DNA from: a virus
Reading direction: 5' to 3' (one strand)
IMG/VR virus record: IMGVR_UViG_3300025018_000105
DNA: 64,000 nucleotides
Under the pieces are notes generated by a model. The model did no database searches, was not told the origin of the DNA, and saw only the letters and a list, made by a program, of their open reading frames with translations. A program made the position numbers and the translations under genes. Below are positions 39,561 to 49,810 of this stretch, piece by piece. How positions within the stretch are numbered: the stretch's first letter is position 1; each line of letters begins with the position of its first letter.

Positions 39561-42500
39561 CCCCGGTTGCGGGCAAAGCTGCGCTGAGCCACCATGTGCA
39601 TGTCGGTGACGACCTGCTGACGACTCTTCTTGAAACTGTCTGCATTCGGAGTAGAGATGTTCCAGTTGTTCACGATTGCTTGCCCGTTTCCACCACCGTT
39701 CGGCATCTCGACCGGAATCTTGCGACCACGGCTGAGCGGCACGACTGCTTCGTTGTCGTGAAGGATTGCTGGCATACCGCCTCTGGTATTGGTAGTCCCG
39801 GCCGAGAACTTCGGTGCGTTCCGAAACGCGGCCGGGCTGATAACGGCGGTCGAAACCGGTGAGTTAGAATAACCACCTTCCGAAAACAGTCCTGCCAGCA
39901 CGCCACCAATTCCACCGGCAGCACCACCACCGCCCATGAGCATTTTCTGCATGAGCATGGTGCCAAACATGACGGCCACTTGAGCGATAGGGCTCTTGAA
40001 CGACCCAGCAAATGCAAGGCCAATCATCGGCATCATGCTCGTCATGGTATCGCCAAAGCTTCCGGCTGTGACTTGCGCCGTTTCCTCGATTGCCTGTTGT
40101 GCGCCACCACCCAGCGGGGCGCTGCCGTGGCCGCCGAGGGTAAAGTTGTCGTTCGAGGCTGCGATGCCACCTACGGTGACCGTATTTCCACGACCATCAG
40201 TGAAACCACCCGTGCGTGGGTCGATTGCGATACCGCCGTGAACAAGCTGGACAAACATCGGGAGGCCCGGCGAGGTGCCAAGCGGATCAGCTTGTTCTGC
40301 TTTGAAATCATGTCCAAGCGCTCCTAGAAAATGTCCGGCCATAGTTGGATTGCCGTTCTCAAGTTCATCAGCCGAGAACATCATTTCACCGAAAGCGCGA
40401 GTGATGTCCTGTGCAGCGAAACGAACAAGCCCCTGCTGGATCGTGTCGAAAATCGCTTGGAACGAAAACTGACCCGTTGTGCCGAGGCTGAACAGTTGAT
40501 CTTCAAGGCTCTGGAAGATATTTCGGTCAAGCTCCTGCGCTGCCTGTCCTGCCGTCTGGATGTCGTTAAGGTAGCTGCGAACGCCGTTGTTCTCGAAGAA
40601 CTCCTTGTTACGCTTGAGTTGGTTTGCAAGCTCCTGTTGCTTGATGATCTGCTGTTCGAGGCCGTCGATCATGCCCTGCGTAAGCGGGCCGCCGGGCGAA
40701 CCTGCACGCAGGTAATCGGTTACTGCCTGCTGGAGCATACCATACCGATCGGCAAGCTGGTCGGTCAGGCCAGCCAGCGCCGTCTCGTTGCCGAGTTCGA
40801 AAAGGAGATCGCCACCAAACGTGTTAGCCCGTTCAGCCTCACGCTGAGCAAACGCCGTAGCGTGCCCGGCTGCGCGGATTGCCTCAGCAACCTCTTCGGC
40901 CGAAAGGCCGAGGTTTCTGAGTGCAGCATCGAGAGTAGGAGCCTTACCTGCCAAAGCGAGCACGCGATCGGCAAGGTCTTCCGACGCGTAAGCAGCGTCC
41001 AATGCGCCCGAACGAAGCTCTTCCATGAACTCGGCGAACTGGTCGGTCGGCAGCGCAATCTGGGCGAATGCGGTCATTTGGTCCATGCCATCGGCCATGG
41101 CTTGCAAACGCGGGATAAAGCCGCCCGCAGCGTCGATTACACGCTTGACGTTATCATACTTGAAGTCCAATGCTTCGATCGTCGCGTCCTGAACACTGCG
41201 CTCGTAAGCGGTTTGCTGAGCGACGAGCAAATTGATGATGTCGTGGACGTTGTGGTCATACTGCTCAGTCAGGGTTTTCATGACGCCGGAATCAAGATTC
41301 CCACCGTCCTGCATCGTATCGATCAGCGCCTGAACCGAAACTTGGCCATTAGCGGATTGCGCCTGCACGTTGGTAATGAACTGCTCGTAACCCTTATCAT
41401 TCAACAGGACACGCGACTGTTCGCGAAGGCCGCTGACGAAATCGAAATAGAGCGAGCCTACTGGGTCCACGTCGCGGAACGACTGGAGCAAGCTAGCGAT
41501 CTCACGCTCGATGCGGGTAAGCTCACGGGCGGCGCTGTCAGCGGCGCTGCGGCCACCGCTGCTACCACCACCTTCGTCTTCCTTCGGTTTTTCCGGGCGA
41601 GCGAGACCAGCTATCTTATCGATCTCTTCCTTGGACATCATGGAATAATCGCGGTCCGGCATGGCCCCAGCACCCGTCTGGCTGGCCAGCGCAGCGCGTC
41701 CGGTTGCGCCGAAGCTGTTCAGCATCGAGTTGACGCCGCCCTGAGCGGCAAGGCCGCGTCCGACGTTTGAATAGAACTTGTCGTAATCAGCGCCGCCGAA
41801 GGCGAAGTCACCGAAGGCGACCGAGAAGCTTTTACCAAGGTTGGAACCGAGGTTTGCCGCCGCGTTGTAGGCACCTGTGAAATCTCCGGTGAAGAGCGCG
41901 TAGAGCCCCTTACCGATGTTTCCAAGGATGTTGTAGACTTCACCAGCCAGTGCGATAAAGGCGCGGCCGATCGCTTCAACAGCTTTGTTGAAGGTGTAAG
42001 TCATGCCGATCGCGAAGTGCGCAAACGCCTTGGAAAGGTCTGAGAGATTGATACTAAACAGGCCAAGGAACCAGTTGATCCCCTTGCCAAGCTCAGTCAT
42101 GGCCCACGACCACCACTTAGCGATGCCCTGCGTCGCGCTCAGCCACATGCCGTAGATGATTTCACTGGCGCTGTAGTTGACTTGGACTTGGTTCTTAACC
42201 GAATCATTGGCAGCTTGCGAAGCAGCGGCCCACGCAGCGGACAGGCCCACGCCAATCACACCAGCCAGACGAGCCACAGCCGGAGCCGCGCTCTTTGCTG
42301 CGCTGGCAATTCCGCCGATACCACGCCCAACTGTGAGCACACCGCGCCCGACCGCTGTAGCGTTCAGGACAGCCATGGCATTGCTGAGGCGCGTAACGCC
42401 TGTAACCACAGCCGGGCTGCTAATTTGAGCAAGGCTTGTGTAGAAGCTCGTGAGGTTCGTCGCTGCGAGGGCGCGGCTGGCGAATACGAGATCACGCATG

Positions 42501-44377
42501 TATGGCACCATACGCATCGCAGCGCCGCCCGCACTGATGAGCGGCGAGACTAGGAAGCGCCCGATCTGGAGCGCACCTGTTACAGCCATGTAAGTAGCAA
42601 GAATGCGGACGCCCGTAGCCAGCGGGCCCTTGATGTCATCCCAGTTGTCGCGGACAAAGATGAAAGCTTCCTTGACGCGGTTGAGCGCACGATAAAGTGT
42701 CTCGCCCCACGCTTCGGCAAACTCTTCAACCTTCTCAGGCGAGATGCTGTCAGCGATCTCACGGAACAGTTCAGCAAGGCCTTGGTTAGCCCCAGCCTGT
42801 CCAATCAATTGATAAAGCGTGTTGATGTTCGAGCGCAGACGCGTCATCTGCACATCAGGGCGCTTCATGGCCTCTTCGAGAGCCGGACCATACCGCTCGC
42901 GGAACGTCTTTGCCATAAAGGCCAGAACGCCCTCAGCGTCGATGGCCTTATCCCTGAGGCCTTTTTCCAGAGTCGTGCCGAGGCTCGCGGCATACTCAGC
43001 CGCAATACCCATAGCACCCGGAAGGTGTTCGTTAAGCTGCTGGTTAAGTTCTTCGGCTGCAAGGTAGCCTTTGTTCATGACCTGCTGCATAGCAAGCAGA
43101 ACGTCGTTTTGTCGCTCTGTGGACGTGCCCAGAACGGTCATGGCCGTGCCGAAGCCGGTAAAGATGTCGCGGGTCTGGGCAACCGAAATGCCTGACTGAT
43201 ATGCGGCGACCGACAGGCGGCCGAAGCCTTGGGCTGCGGTCACCGAGTCGATACCAAGACGGTTGGCCGTTTCGTTTACGAATTTAAGCTGTGCGTTGGC
43301 GAACCCAGCCTCGGTCGAGATAACGGCCATCTGCGACTTGAGGCGTTCACCTGCGTTGGCGGCCTTGGAAAAGCTGGTCGCAAGCTCAGCAACGGTCAGA
43401 GCACCGAAAAGGCCACGCAGGGCCGAACCGATCTGGAAGGTAGCCGAGAACGCGTTCTGGAGACCCATCATCTCCACGCGCGCTTGGCGTGCCCGGCGAC
43501 CCGTAGTGCGGAGTCCGCCGTTCAGGCCGCCGAGGCCCCCACGAAGGTGTCGTGTGCTTTGGGATGCGCTATTTGCAGCGCGGGCGATACGCACCAGCGC
43601 TGAGGCGAGTTCGTTCGCGTTGCGAGGCGTCCGCATACGGCCGATCGCATCCACGAAGTTTGAAAGGTTTTTGATCTGGGCCCCTGTAGGTGCCTTGAAG
43701 CCGGAAATTGCCGTGAGCGTCCGCGTCATGCCCGACACGTCGCCGATGCGAGCGCGTCCGAGGCGTCCTAGCCCAGTTGCGAAGAGGCCGAGGTTCTTCG
43801 CTTGGCTGGAGGTTGGAATCTTGATGTTCCGAAGCGCAATGCTGATCGAGGCAAGCTCGTTAGCAATACCCGAGATGCCACGAAGATGGCTAAGAGCCTT
43901 GAAGCCCGGCCCAGCGCGCTGCACGGCGTTGGAGAAGTCACGCAGCCGCTTGGACTGGGCTTGGCTAGGCGCACGAAAGCCTGCCATCGCAGCGGAGAGG
44001 CGGCTGACAGCATTTACCGAGCGAGCGGCGTTCGAAAGGTCTGGGAGACGCCCAAGCGTGCGGAAGAACGCTGCGGAGTTCTTTGTTTGAGCGGCGCTTG
44101 GGGCACGGAACTCACGAAGGGCCTTTGAAAGCGTGCTGAGCTTACGAGCGGACGAAGTGTCGATCTTGACATTGCCGATGTCCTTGATCGCACGCTTGAA
44201 CTTGTTGATCTCCGTCCGGTTGGACGCGGCCTTGTTGACCCCATCCATCGTCTTCTTGACGTGATCCTCGAACTTATCGAGTGAGTTAAAAACGCCTTCG
44301 ACAGCCGAGCGGTAGTCCCGAAAACCTTTCTGGACTTGGCTCGTGTCAACGACAAATTTCATGCCGTGCTGGTCCAC
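39557..44377 (-). CDS. tail tape measure protein
   Basis: 1606 aa, Ala/Gly-rich helical; AEELNQQLNEHLPGA tape-measure motif; position after the chaperones. Confidence 0.92.
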   Translation of the reverse strand: MDQHGMKFVVDTSQVQKGFRDYRSAVEGVFNSLDKFEDHVKKTMDGVNKAASNRTEINKFKRAIKDIGNVKIDTSSARKLSTLSKALREFRAPSAAQTKNSAAFFRTLGRLPDLSNAARSVNAVSRLSAAMAGFRAPSQAQSKRLRDFSNAVQRAGPGFKALSHLRGISGIANELASISIALRNIKIPTSSQAKNLGLFATGLGRLGRARIGDVSGMTRTLTAISGFKAPTGAQIKNLSNFVDAIGRMRTPRNANELASALVRIARAANSASQSTRHLRGGLGGLNGGLRTTGRRARQARVEMMGLQNAFSATFQIGSALRGLFGALTVAELATSFSKAANAGERLKSQMAVISTEAGFANAQLKFVNETANRLGIDSVTAAQGFGRLSVAAYQSGISVAQTRDIFTGFGTAMTVLGTSTERQNDVLLAMQQVMNKGYLAAEELNQQLNEHLPGAMGIAAEYAASLGTTLEKGLRDKAIDAEGVLAFMAKTFRERYGPALEEAMKRPDVQMTRLRSNINTLYQLIGQAGANQGLAELFREIADSISPEKVEEFAEAWGETLYRALNRVKEAFIFVRDNWDDIKGPLATGVRILATYMAVTGALQIGRFLVSPLISAGGAAMRMVPYMRDLVFASRALAATNLTSFYTSLAQISSPAVVTGVTRLSNAMAVLNATAVGRGVLTVGRGIGGIASAAKSAAPAVARLAGVIGVGLSAAWAAASQAANDSVKNQVQVNYSASEIIYGMWLSATQGIAKWWSWAMTELGKGINWFLGLFSINLSDLSKAFAHFAIGMTYTFNKAVEAIGRAFIALAGEVYNILGNIGKGLYALFTGDFTGAYNAAANLGSNLGKSFSVAFGDFAFGGADYDKFYSNVGRGLAAQGGVNSMLNSFGATGRAALASQTGAGAMPDRDYSMMSKEEIDKIAGLARPEKPKEDEGGGSSGGRSAADSAARELTRIEREIASLLQSFRDVDPVGSLYFDFVSGLREQSRVLLNDKGYEQFITNVQAQSANGQVSVQALIDTMQDGGNLDSGVMKTLTEQYDHNVHDIINLLVAQQTAYERSVQDATIEALDFKYDNVKRVIDAAGGFIPRLQAMADGMDQMTAFAQIALPTDQFAEFMEELRSGALDAAYASEDLADRVLALAGKAPTLDAALRNLGLSAEEVAEAIRAAGHATAFAQREAERANTFGGDLLFELGNETALAGLTDQLADRYGMLQQAVTDYLRAGSPGGPLTQGMIDGLEQQIIKQQELANQLKRNKEFFENNGVRSYLNDIQTAGQAAQELDRNIFQSLEDQLFSLGTTGQFSFQAIFDTIQQGLVRFAAQDITRAFGEMMFSADELENGNPTMAGHFLGALGHDFKAEQADPLGTSPGLPMFVQLVHGGIAIDPRTGGFTDGRGNTVTVGGIAASNDNFTLGGHGSAPLGGGAQQAIEETAQVTAGSFGDTMTSMMPMIGLAFAGSFKSPIAQVAVMFGTMLMQKMLMGGGGAAGGIGGVLAGLFSEGGYSNSPVSTAVISPAAFRNAPKFSAGTTNTRGGMPAILHDNEAVVPLSRGRKIPVEMPNGGGNGQAIVNNWNISTPNADSFKKSRQQVVTDMHMVAQRSFARNRG

Positions 44378-44380
44378 GGA

Positions 44381-44821
44381 TTAACTCACTTCTGTTGTCT
44401 GGGATCGGTGCGGACGATGCCTTGGTGGTGAATGTGTTGGTGGAGGTGCTTTACCTTTCCCGGCCATCTTGGCTTGTTCTTTCTTCCGTTCCTCATGGTG
44501 GCGACGCATCCATTCACGATCCAACCGATCGATCATGCGGACAAGGCGCTCCCGCTCGGAGGGGAGGAAAATCTGCTTGAGGCGGCAGTAGGCGTCGATT
44601 TCAGAGAAGGGAATGTAGGTGGCGTCGCCCATACCCACGGCTGGGCGACGCATATTGAGTTCGCAGAACGCTTGCCAAATCCAGTGGAGGTGGCGTCCAA
44701 GAATCGGCTCAGCGGCCAGAGTCTTGGACTTAATCCCAGTGATACCCTCGATTTCCTTGAGCCATTCCTTGTCCTTGACAATGGGCTTGCTCGTCCAATC
44801 GAGGTAGGCGATTAGTTTCCC
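44381..44821 (-). CDS. tail assembly chaperone gpT part (expressed by -1 frameshift)
   Basis: The -1 frame is open from the slippery site (KLIAYLDWTSKP...) through to stop 44381. Confidence 0.75.
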   Translation of the reverse strand, partial: GKLIAYLDWTSKPIVKDKEWLKEIEGITGIKSKTLAAEPILGRHLHWIWQAFCELNMRRPAVGMGDATYIPFSEIDAYCRLKQIFLPSERERLVRMIDRLDREWMRRHHEERKKEQAKMAGKGKAPPPTHSPPRHRPHRSQTTEVS

Positions 44822-45219
44822 ACGTCGTCTTCCTCACGAGCGGCTTCGAACGATGCGTCGTCGGAAGCCATCTTGATGATGAGTAGGAAGAAGCCTTCCA
44901 GCTTCTTTTCGGACAGGAGGGCCTTGGCGGCGTCAACCGAAAACTCGATCTCGTTGCCGTCGGCGTCGGTGATGCCTTCCCAGCCCTTGATGATGTGCTC
45001 GGCAAAGAACCGCACGTTGAGGTTCTTATTCTCCTGATCGGTCAGCTTGCCCCCCGAGTTGAGACGAACTGAATACGGCTCCATCAGTTTCTCGAATGCG
45101 CGCTTGGCCTTTTCACCGCCTGTTGGGGCAAGGGTGATTGATGCGGTGTCTGAGAGCGGGAACTTCTTGGCTTCATCAACGAGGTTGGTGCCAAAGGCTT
45201 CATAGATATTCAGGGACAT
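44812..45219 (-). CDS. tail assembly chaperone gpG
   Basis: Between tail tube and tape measure genes; ends at the slippery site. Confidence 0.8.
   Translation of the reverse strand: MSLNIYEAFGTNLVDEAKKFPLSDTASITLAPTGGEKAKRAFEKLMEPYSVRLNSGGKLTDQENKNLNVRFFAEHIIKGWEGITDADGNEIEFSVDAAKALLSEKKLEGFFLLIIKMASDDASFEAAREEDDVGN
44815..44821 (-). other. programmed -1 frameshift slippery heptamer G-GGA-AAC
   Basis: X-XXY-YYZ in the correct phase immediately before the gpG stop. Confidence 0.8.
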
Positions 45220-45344
45220 TTTTCGGTTTCCTATGTCGGGTAGGGGTGGAGGCGGCTCCCGACAAGCCGCCTCCGCGCCAGCGCAAAATAATAGTCGGGA
45301 TGCTGGGGTTTAGGGGCAGTGTGTCGGTTACCACCCCAATCTGG

Positions 45345-47141
45345 TTAAATCGCGGTAATCGGAGCGGTCGAGGAGAAGCGATCAATCTGCATCATGCACT
45401 CGCTCACCGGGTCGCGGAACGCTGTGAACTCCATGTTCTCCATGACATCCTGATCGATGCCGCCCGGCGCGATCGGGTCCGATGCGATTTTGAACGCCGG
45501 GATCGTGAAGTAGTAGGTGTTCCCGTCGAGGTCGATGATCGGCCACGTCAGGGCAACCGTCTCGTGCTGGAGGAACTGGTCATACTGCTCGCCGTCAGCG
45601 AAGTAGGCTTCGACCGTGCCTGACAGGTTCAGACGGCCCGCTGCGATGCCAACCGGGAACTTCGAGCCCACGGCCTGTTGGTTACGCAGGTTGCCTTCGA
45701 GGCTGAACTGGATCGAACGGATCGCGGTTGCCGCCTGCGTGCCGTTGTAGGTCAAGGAGCCGACGTTTGCGGTGGCTGATACGACCTCCGTAGCCGGGGC
45801 TTCGAGAACCGTGTAGTTGGTCGTGTTGCCCAGCTTGTTAATCGCCGAACGACGAGTCTCACGTCCCATCGTCGTGGTCGAACCGGTGACAATAGCGCCA
45901 GCGGTGATTTCCATCGAAAAAGCACCCATGCGGAGGCCGTCTGCGATGAAATGCTGATCAACGTCGAAGAAACTGGTTTCGATCGAGGCCGACTGCGGTG
46001 TGATCTGCGAAACGTCGCTCGGGTTGCGGAGCATCGAGCCCTTGATCGTGATCGGGGCCGAGGCGATGATCGTCGGAAGATCGCGATCCACAACGATGGT
46101 GTCGTCAGTCAGGGCGGAGATCGTGTAAAAGCCACCCGTGGTAGCGCTTCCGCCGGAGAAGTTCGTGACTGCAAGCGTCGAGTCATCTTGGGTGATCTTG
46201 CCGCCCGTCTTGAAGAGGTTCTTGACGGTAACGACACCCAGAGCCGACGTAGCGAAGCAGTTCAGAGCACCGCTCGGGCGCAGCTTGTTGATCGCGTTGG
46301 CGAGGTTGGTTGCCGTCTCGGTGTCGTCCGCGCCGATCGAGAAATCAGTGTCGGCGACCAGAGTGACGCTTTCAATACCGTCGCTGATCGTGACGCTCTC
46401 CCCGACAAGCACCGTGACTGCGGTGATAGTGCCGGTTTCGTAACCGATACCCTCGACGAAGATGCGCTGGCCTACCTTGAGTTGACCTGCCGCGATGGCC
46501 GAAGCGAACGGGTCGGTGCCGCCACCGTCGATCGTGCGGGCGGTTGCACCGAAGCCGATGTCGGTGTTCTTGAGAATGATAACGTCGTTGGCGTCGGCCA
46601 CGGTCGTATACTGGCTTGCTGCTTCGGTGACGAGCGTGGTTGTCGTGATCGTGATCGTAGTAACACCGGCCAAAAAGGTAACGCTTTCGATCTCGACGTA
46701 ATCATTGTTCTGGATGTTGTTGAAGCCTGAGAGCTTGAGGCGACGCCCAGCCGTGAAGTAGGCCGAAAAATCACCGCCCGAGATGGCGATCGTGTCGTTG
46801 CCGGTGATCGAGACCTGCACGCCACGGAAGAAGTCGAACTCCATTGGACGCGACCATGTGCCCATCAGAACGCGCTGGAGGTCGAGGTCGGTGGTGCCTG
46901 CCGCAAATTCCCAGTTGATTTCACCACCGGACATTGCTGCTGTCTCGATGACCGAGGACACCATGCGATCAGCGCGAATTTCGTCGGAAACAACAGTTTC
47001 CTTGGTCGCAGCAAGCGACGAAGACGTGAAACGACGGTTACGAGTAACGCCGCTCGCCGGGGTTTCGCCCCATGCAGCGTTGCTCTCAATGATTTCGCGA
47101 AGGGAGGCGCGGTTGGATTCGGCGAGAAGCTTGTTTGCCAT
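45345..47141 (-). CDS. major tail tube protein with inserted domain
   Basis: S.EIRADRM...GG.INWE, G..S.SG..EAYF.D; size and position as in phiCbK-like phages. Confidence 0.85.
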   Translation of the reverse strand: MANKLLAESNRASLREIIESNAAWGETPASGVTRNRRFTSSSLAATKETVVSDEIRADRMVSSVIETAAMSGGEINWEFAAGTTDLDLQRVLMGTWSRPMEFDFFRGVQVSITGNDTIAISGGDFSAYFTAGRRLKLSGFNNIQNNDYVEIESVTFLAGVTTITITTTTLVTEAASQYTTVADANDVIILKNTDIGFGATARTIDGGGTDPFASAIAAGQLKVGQRIFVEGIGYETGTITAVTVLVGESVTISDGIESVTLVADTDFSIGADDTETATNLANAINKLRPSGALNCFATSALGVVTVKNLFKTGGKITQDDSTLAVTNFSGGSATTGGFYTISALTDDTIVVDRDLPTIIASAPITIKGSMLRNPSDVSQITPQSASIETSFFDVDQHFIADGLRMGAFSMEITAGAIVTGSTTTMGRETRRSAINKLGNTTNYTVLEAPATEVVSATANVGSLTYNGTQAATAIRSIQFSLEGNLRNQQAVGSKFPVGIAAGRLNLSGTVEAYFADGEQYDQFLQHETVALTWPIIDLDGNTYYFTIPAFKIASDPIAPGGIDQDVMENMEFTAFRDPVSECMMQIDRFSSTAPITAI

Positions 47142-47211
47142 GTTCGGTTAAACCCTCAGTTAGGTGCGTGGAGGCATGGCCCCCGCATTGAGGGCTGGAA
47201 AAGAGATCATA

Positions 47212-47251
47212 ATGGTAAACGAATATGGTCAACTTGTCAAGCAAAAATTAC
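47212..47251 (-). promoter_or_regulatory. tail tube promoter
   Basis: gtaatttttgc-TTGACA-17 nt-TACCAT. Confidence 0.7.
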
Positions 47252-47286
47252 CTTTTACAACCAAGAAAACCATGGTTCCCAATGAA

Positions 47287-47742
47287 TCAGATTGTGATCT
47301 GGACTGGCTCGATCGTGTCGCGTTCGAACGGCACCCGAACCACATAGCAATACCAGCCTGACGACTTTTGCTCCACATCGCCTTCCTCAGCCGCGCCAAA
47401 GCGATAAGACGAACCATCTGCATCGCGCCCCTGACGGAACTGGAACAGGTCTCGGAAAATGTCACCACCCCGTGTCAGGATCGCCGATCCGGAGTTCTTC
47501 GGGGCCCATAACGTAAGCTGCACGAAACCGATATAGCGGACACGCACGCGGCCGCGTCCTTCGCCACCCACGATGATCGGCTTGGGACCTGACTTGATGT
47601 GGAACTCTGCATAGGGTGCGTTCTTGGGAACATTGAACTCTTGGTTCGGATACGCGATCGGGCGGTTCACAAGCGCCGGGTTGGTTTCCGCCTCATTGAA
47701 CATGATTGTCGTGAGGTAAGCGCGTTCTGTTTCTTTGCTCAC
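47287..47742 (-). CDS. tail completion/terminator protein
   Basis: IAYPN..F, G.VQL...PKNSG pattern; GTG overlaps the upstream stop. Confidence 0.65.
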   Translation of the reverse strand: MSKETERAYLTTIMFNEAETNPALVNRPIAYPNQEFNVPKNAPYAEFHIKSGPKPIIVGGEGRGRVRVRYIGFVQLTLWAPKNSGSAILTRGGDIFRDLFQFRQGRDADGSSYRFGAAEEGDVEQKSSGWYCYVVRVPFERDTIEPVQITI

Positions 47743-48233
47743 GAGAGCATTCCTTTCGATCGCACCAAGGCGTTGATATACGAAGACGTGAGTCCGAACA
47801 TGCCACCCGGCGAACGTGAGCGCAAGGGCGGTCCCGGAAGCAGTCCCTTTTCGAGACCAACAATGTCCGGAGAGTTGTTGGTCAGGTAAATTGCGGCGAA
47901 CGGATTGGCGGTCAGCCCTAGCGTTGTAAGGCTCTGGGCTGCGGCCGCTTCGTTCACACCGCGACGTGGTTCTTGGCCAAGCGCCATGGAGTTTGTAGGG
48001 CCGGGCGGGCCGTTGTCGATTGCGTCGTAGGTGATCGAATTTGATGTCCCGATCGTCCAAATATAGTTTCGAACAGCCTGACCAGTGTTGACCGGGGTAA
48101 CCGACTTGATGTGATTGTCGATCTCAGTCACCAGCCAAGAGACACGCTGGGCAAACTTGGCCTCAAGCTTGTCGATCGAGGCCAGCGCGTCACTGCGAGC
48201 CCGCTCCTTGCCGATAATGCCTGTGCGGGCCAC
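47739..48233 (-). CDS. HK97 gp10-like neck/tail completion protein
   Basis: TPVNTG.A..N.., IYLTNN.P.I..LE.G. Confidence 0.8.
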   Translation of the reverse strand: MARTGIIGKERARSDALASIDKLEAKFAQRVSWLVTEIDNHIKSVTPVNTGQAVRNYIWTIGTSNSITYDAIDNGPPGPTNSMALGQEPRRGVNEAAAAQSLTTLGLTANPFAAIYLTNNSPDIVGLEKGLLPGPPLRSRSPGGMFGLTSSYINALVRSKGMLS

Positions 48234-48236
48234 GTC

Positions 48237-48620
48237 TTAGGTCCGGCAGATAAACAGTATCACAAGGCTCCCACCGGGCACCTCAGCACGTTTCTTGATA
48301 GTCCACTCAAGGCCCGATGCTCGAACGACTCGATCAGTGTCGGCTTCCGGGAGCCGTGCGAGAAATTTGCCCGGAATAAGAACCTTGGCTTCCGCTTCCA
48401 TGACCTCATAGTTTCTCACGTCCTGATCAGTAACTTTACAGATGACGATATTCTGGAGAGGCACGTCGTCCTGATCGTTAGTGGTCGTGTCCGTGGCCGG
48501 GTCATAGACCGGCTGGCCGTTGATATAGCGCAGCGTGATGTTCTCGGTAAGCTCACCTTTACCGAGAACATTGGTGAACGCATTCGCCACCTGATCGTCG
48601 AGAAGCTTTTTGAAAGTCAT
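48237..48620 (-). CDS. head closure protein
   Basis: Position; YDPATDT and D.V...G..W.I motifs. Confidence 0.65.
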   Translation of the reverse strand: MTFKKLLDDQVANAFTNVLGKGELTENITLRYINGQPVYDPATDTTTNDQDDVPLQNIVICKVTDQDVRNYEVMEAEAKVLIPGKFLARLPEADTDRVVRASGLEWTIKKRAEVPGGSLVILFICRT

Positions 48621-49135
48621 TAGTGCTTGATGATCCGCTTAGGCCCACCACGGCCCATCGAGACCCAGCCAAGGCCACGCAGAATGAAACCGATCTGATC
48701 CGGGAACTTGTAGGTGGTGGCATACGGATCGAAGCGTAGCGTGATCACGTCGGCCTTGAGCATGGTGAGGTTGTTGTTGGTGTTGACTTCGTTCGGGTTG
48801 AACGTGATAAGGTGATTGGCCAGAATCGCCACCGCCTGCTTCACTGCCAGTGGAACAATGTCCTCGTCAACCGGAAGGTTCTCCCGGTCGGTCACGCCGC
48901 ATCGAGGCCATGCAAGGCCTGATGTCTCATGCATTTTGCGGCCGTCCCACTTGACACGCTGGTCAAGAATTTGGCTGCCCCAGATGATGAGGTTGGCCTT
49001 GGCCACATCGTCCAAGAGTGTCCACGCGCCGTTGGCGCTGGCTTGATATGAGAGGATGTCGTCGATCTCTTCGACAGTCGCGTAGCTGTTGGCTGTCACG
49101 ACGCCGGTGCCATCTTCGACTACGAGAGTTGCCAT
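48620..49135 (-). CDS. head-tail adaptor (DnaT-like annotation family)
   Basis: LVVEDGTG...ANSY, L.WPR.GV, VP..VK.A. Confidence 0.8.
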   Translation of the reverse strand: MATLVVEDGTGVVTANSYATVEEIDDILSYQASANGAWTLLDDVAKANLIIWGSQILDQRVKWDGRKMHETSGLAWPRCGVTDRENLPVDEDIVPLAVKQAVAILANHLITFNPNEVNTNNNLTMLKADVITLRFDPYATTYKFPDQIGFILRGLGWVSMGRGGPKRIIKH

Positions 49136-49211
49136 GTTTTAGCTCCGCTTGCAAAAAGCGCCCGGCAAGCTACCTGCCTGCCGAGCGCTGGGATGTGAAA
49201 GAAGGGATCGC

Positions 49212-49361
49212 TTAGTCGTTACGGCGGCGGCCACGGCGGCGAGAGCCACTGGCGTTGCTCCGCGAACGGTTGTTGCGGTTCGAGCCCATGTTGGAGGCGT
49301 TCTTTGCAGAAACACCGCGCCCACCGCTGGAGCTACCGCCGTATCCCTTGCCTTTAGGCAT
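49212..49361 (-). CDS. 49-aa basic Gly/Ser/Arg-rich peptide (not in ORF track)
   Basis: MPKGKGYGGSSSGGRGVSAKNASNMGSNRNNRSRSNASGSRRRGRRRND; ATG overlaps the upstream stop by 8 nt. Confidence 0.65.
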   Translation of the reverse strand: MPKGKGYGGSSSGGRGVSAKNASNMGSNRNNRSRSNASGSRRRGRRRND

Positions 49362-49731
49362 TGGTCAGTTCGACGATATTTTCGATGATGGTCTCGCGCT
49401 TCGCGAGGTGGTGTGGTTTGCGGCCGAACTTCTCTTCGATGTAAGCGGCGGCAGCATCACGGTCTTCAAGGTGGGCGAAATCTTCGGCGGTCACCGGCGG
49501 CTTGGGTGCATCTTCTGCATCGTCTTCGGTGCCTTCATTCTCGACCGGAGCGTCTTCTGCGGCTGGTTCAACAGCGGCTGGCTCAGCCGGGACTTGAACA
49601 ACCTTTTCGATAATGGTTGGCTTGGTGAAAGTCCAGCCAGCATGTTCGACGAGATCGCGGGCATTCATCTTCGACATCTCAAAGGCATCGCCCTTTGGGT
49701 CGTAGACTGTCGTGGTGTTTGGGTTGCTCAT
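49354..49731 (-). CDS. hypothetical head-associated protein
   Basis: AGGAG RBS; NARDLV...GW; C-terminal HeH-like tail. Confidence 0.65.
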   Translation of the reverse strand: MSNPNTTTVYDPKGDAFEMSKMNARDLVEHAGWTFTKPTIIEKVVQVPAEPAAVEPAAEDAPVENEGTEDDAEDAPKPPVTAEDFAHLEDRDAAAAYIEEKFGRKPHHLAKRETIIENIVELTNA

Positions 49732-49810
49732 TGAAGGGCTCCTTGTCAGGCCGGGAGGAAAAGGGCGGCGGGTTCGGCCGCCGACCAATTCTTATTCAGC
49801 AGAAAACCGC

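Noticed and set aside
40331-41770. 479-aa + strand ORF and other long antisense ORFs (e.g. 50325-51302, 53316-54320)
   Set aside because: Shadow frames of strongly biased coding genes on the opposite strand; no RBS or recognisable motifs
49139-49324. 61-aa ORF listed in the ORF track
   Set aside because: Alternative frame of the better supported, translationally coupled 49-aa basic peptide at 49212-49361
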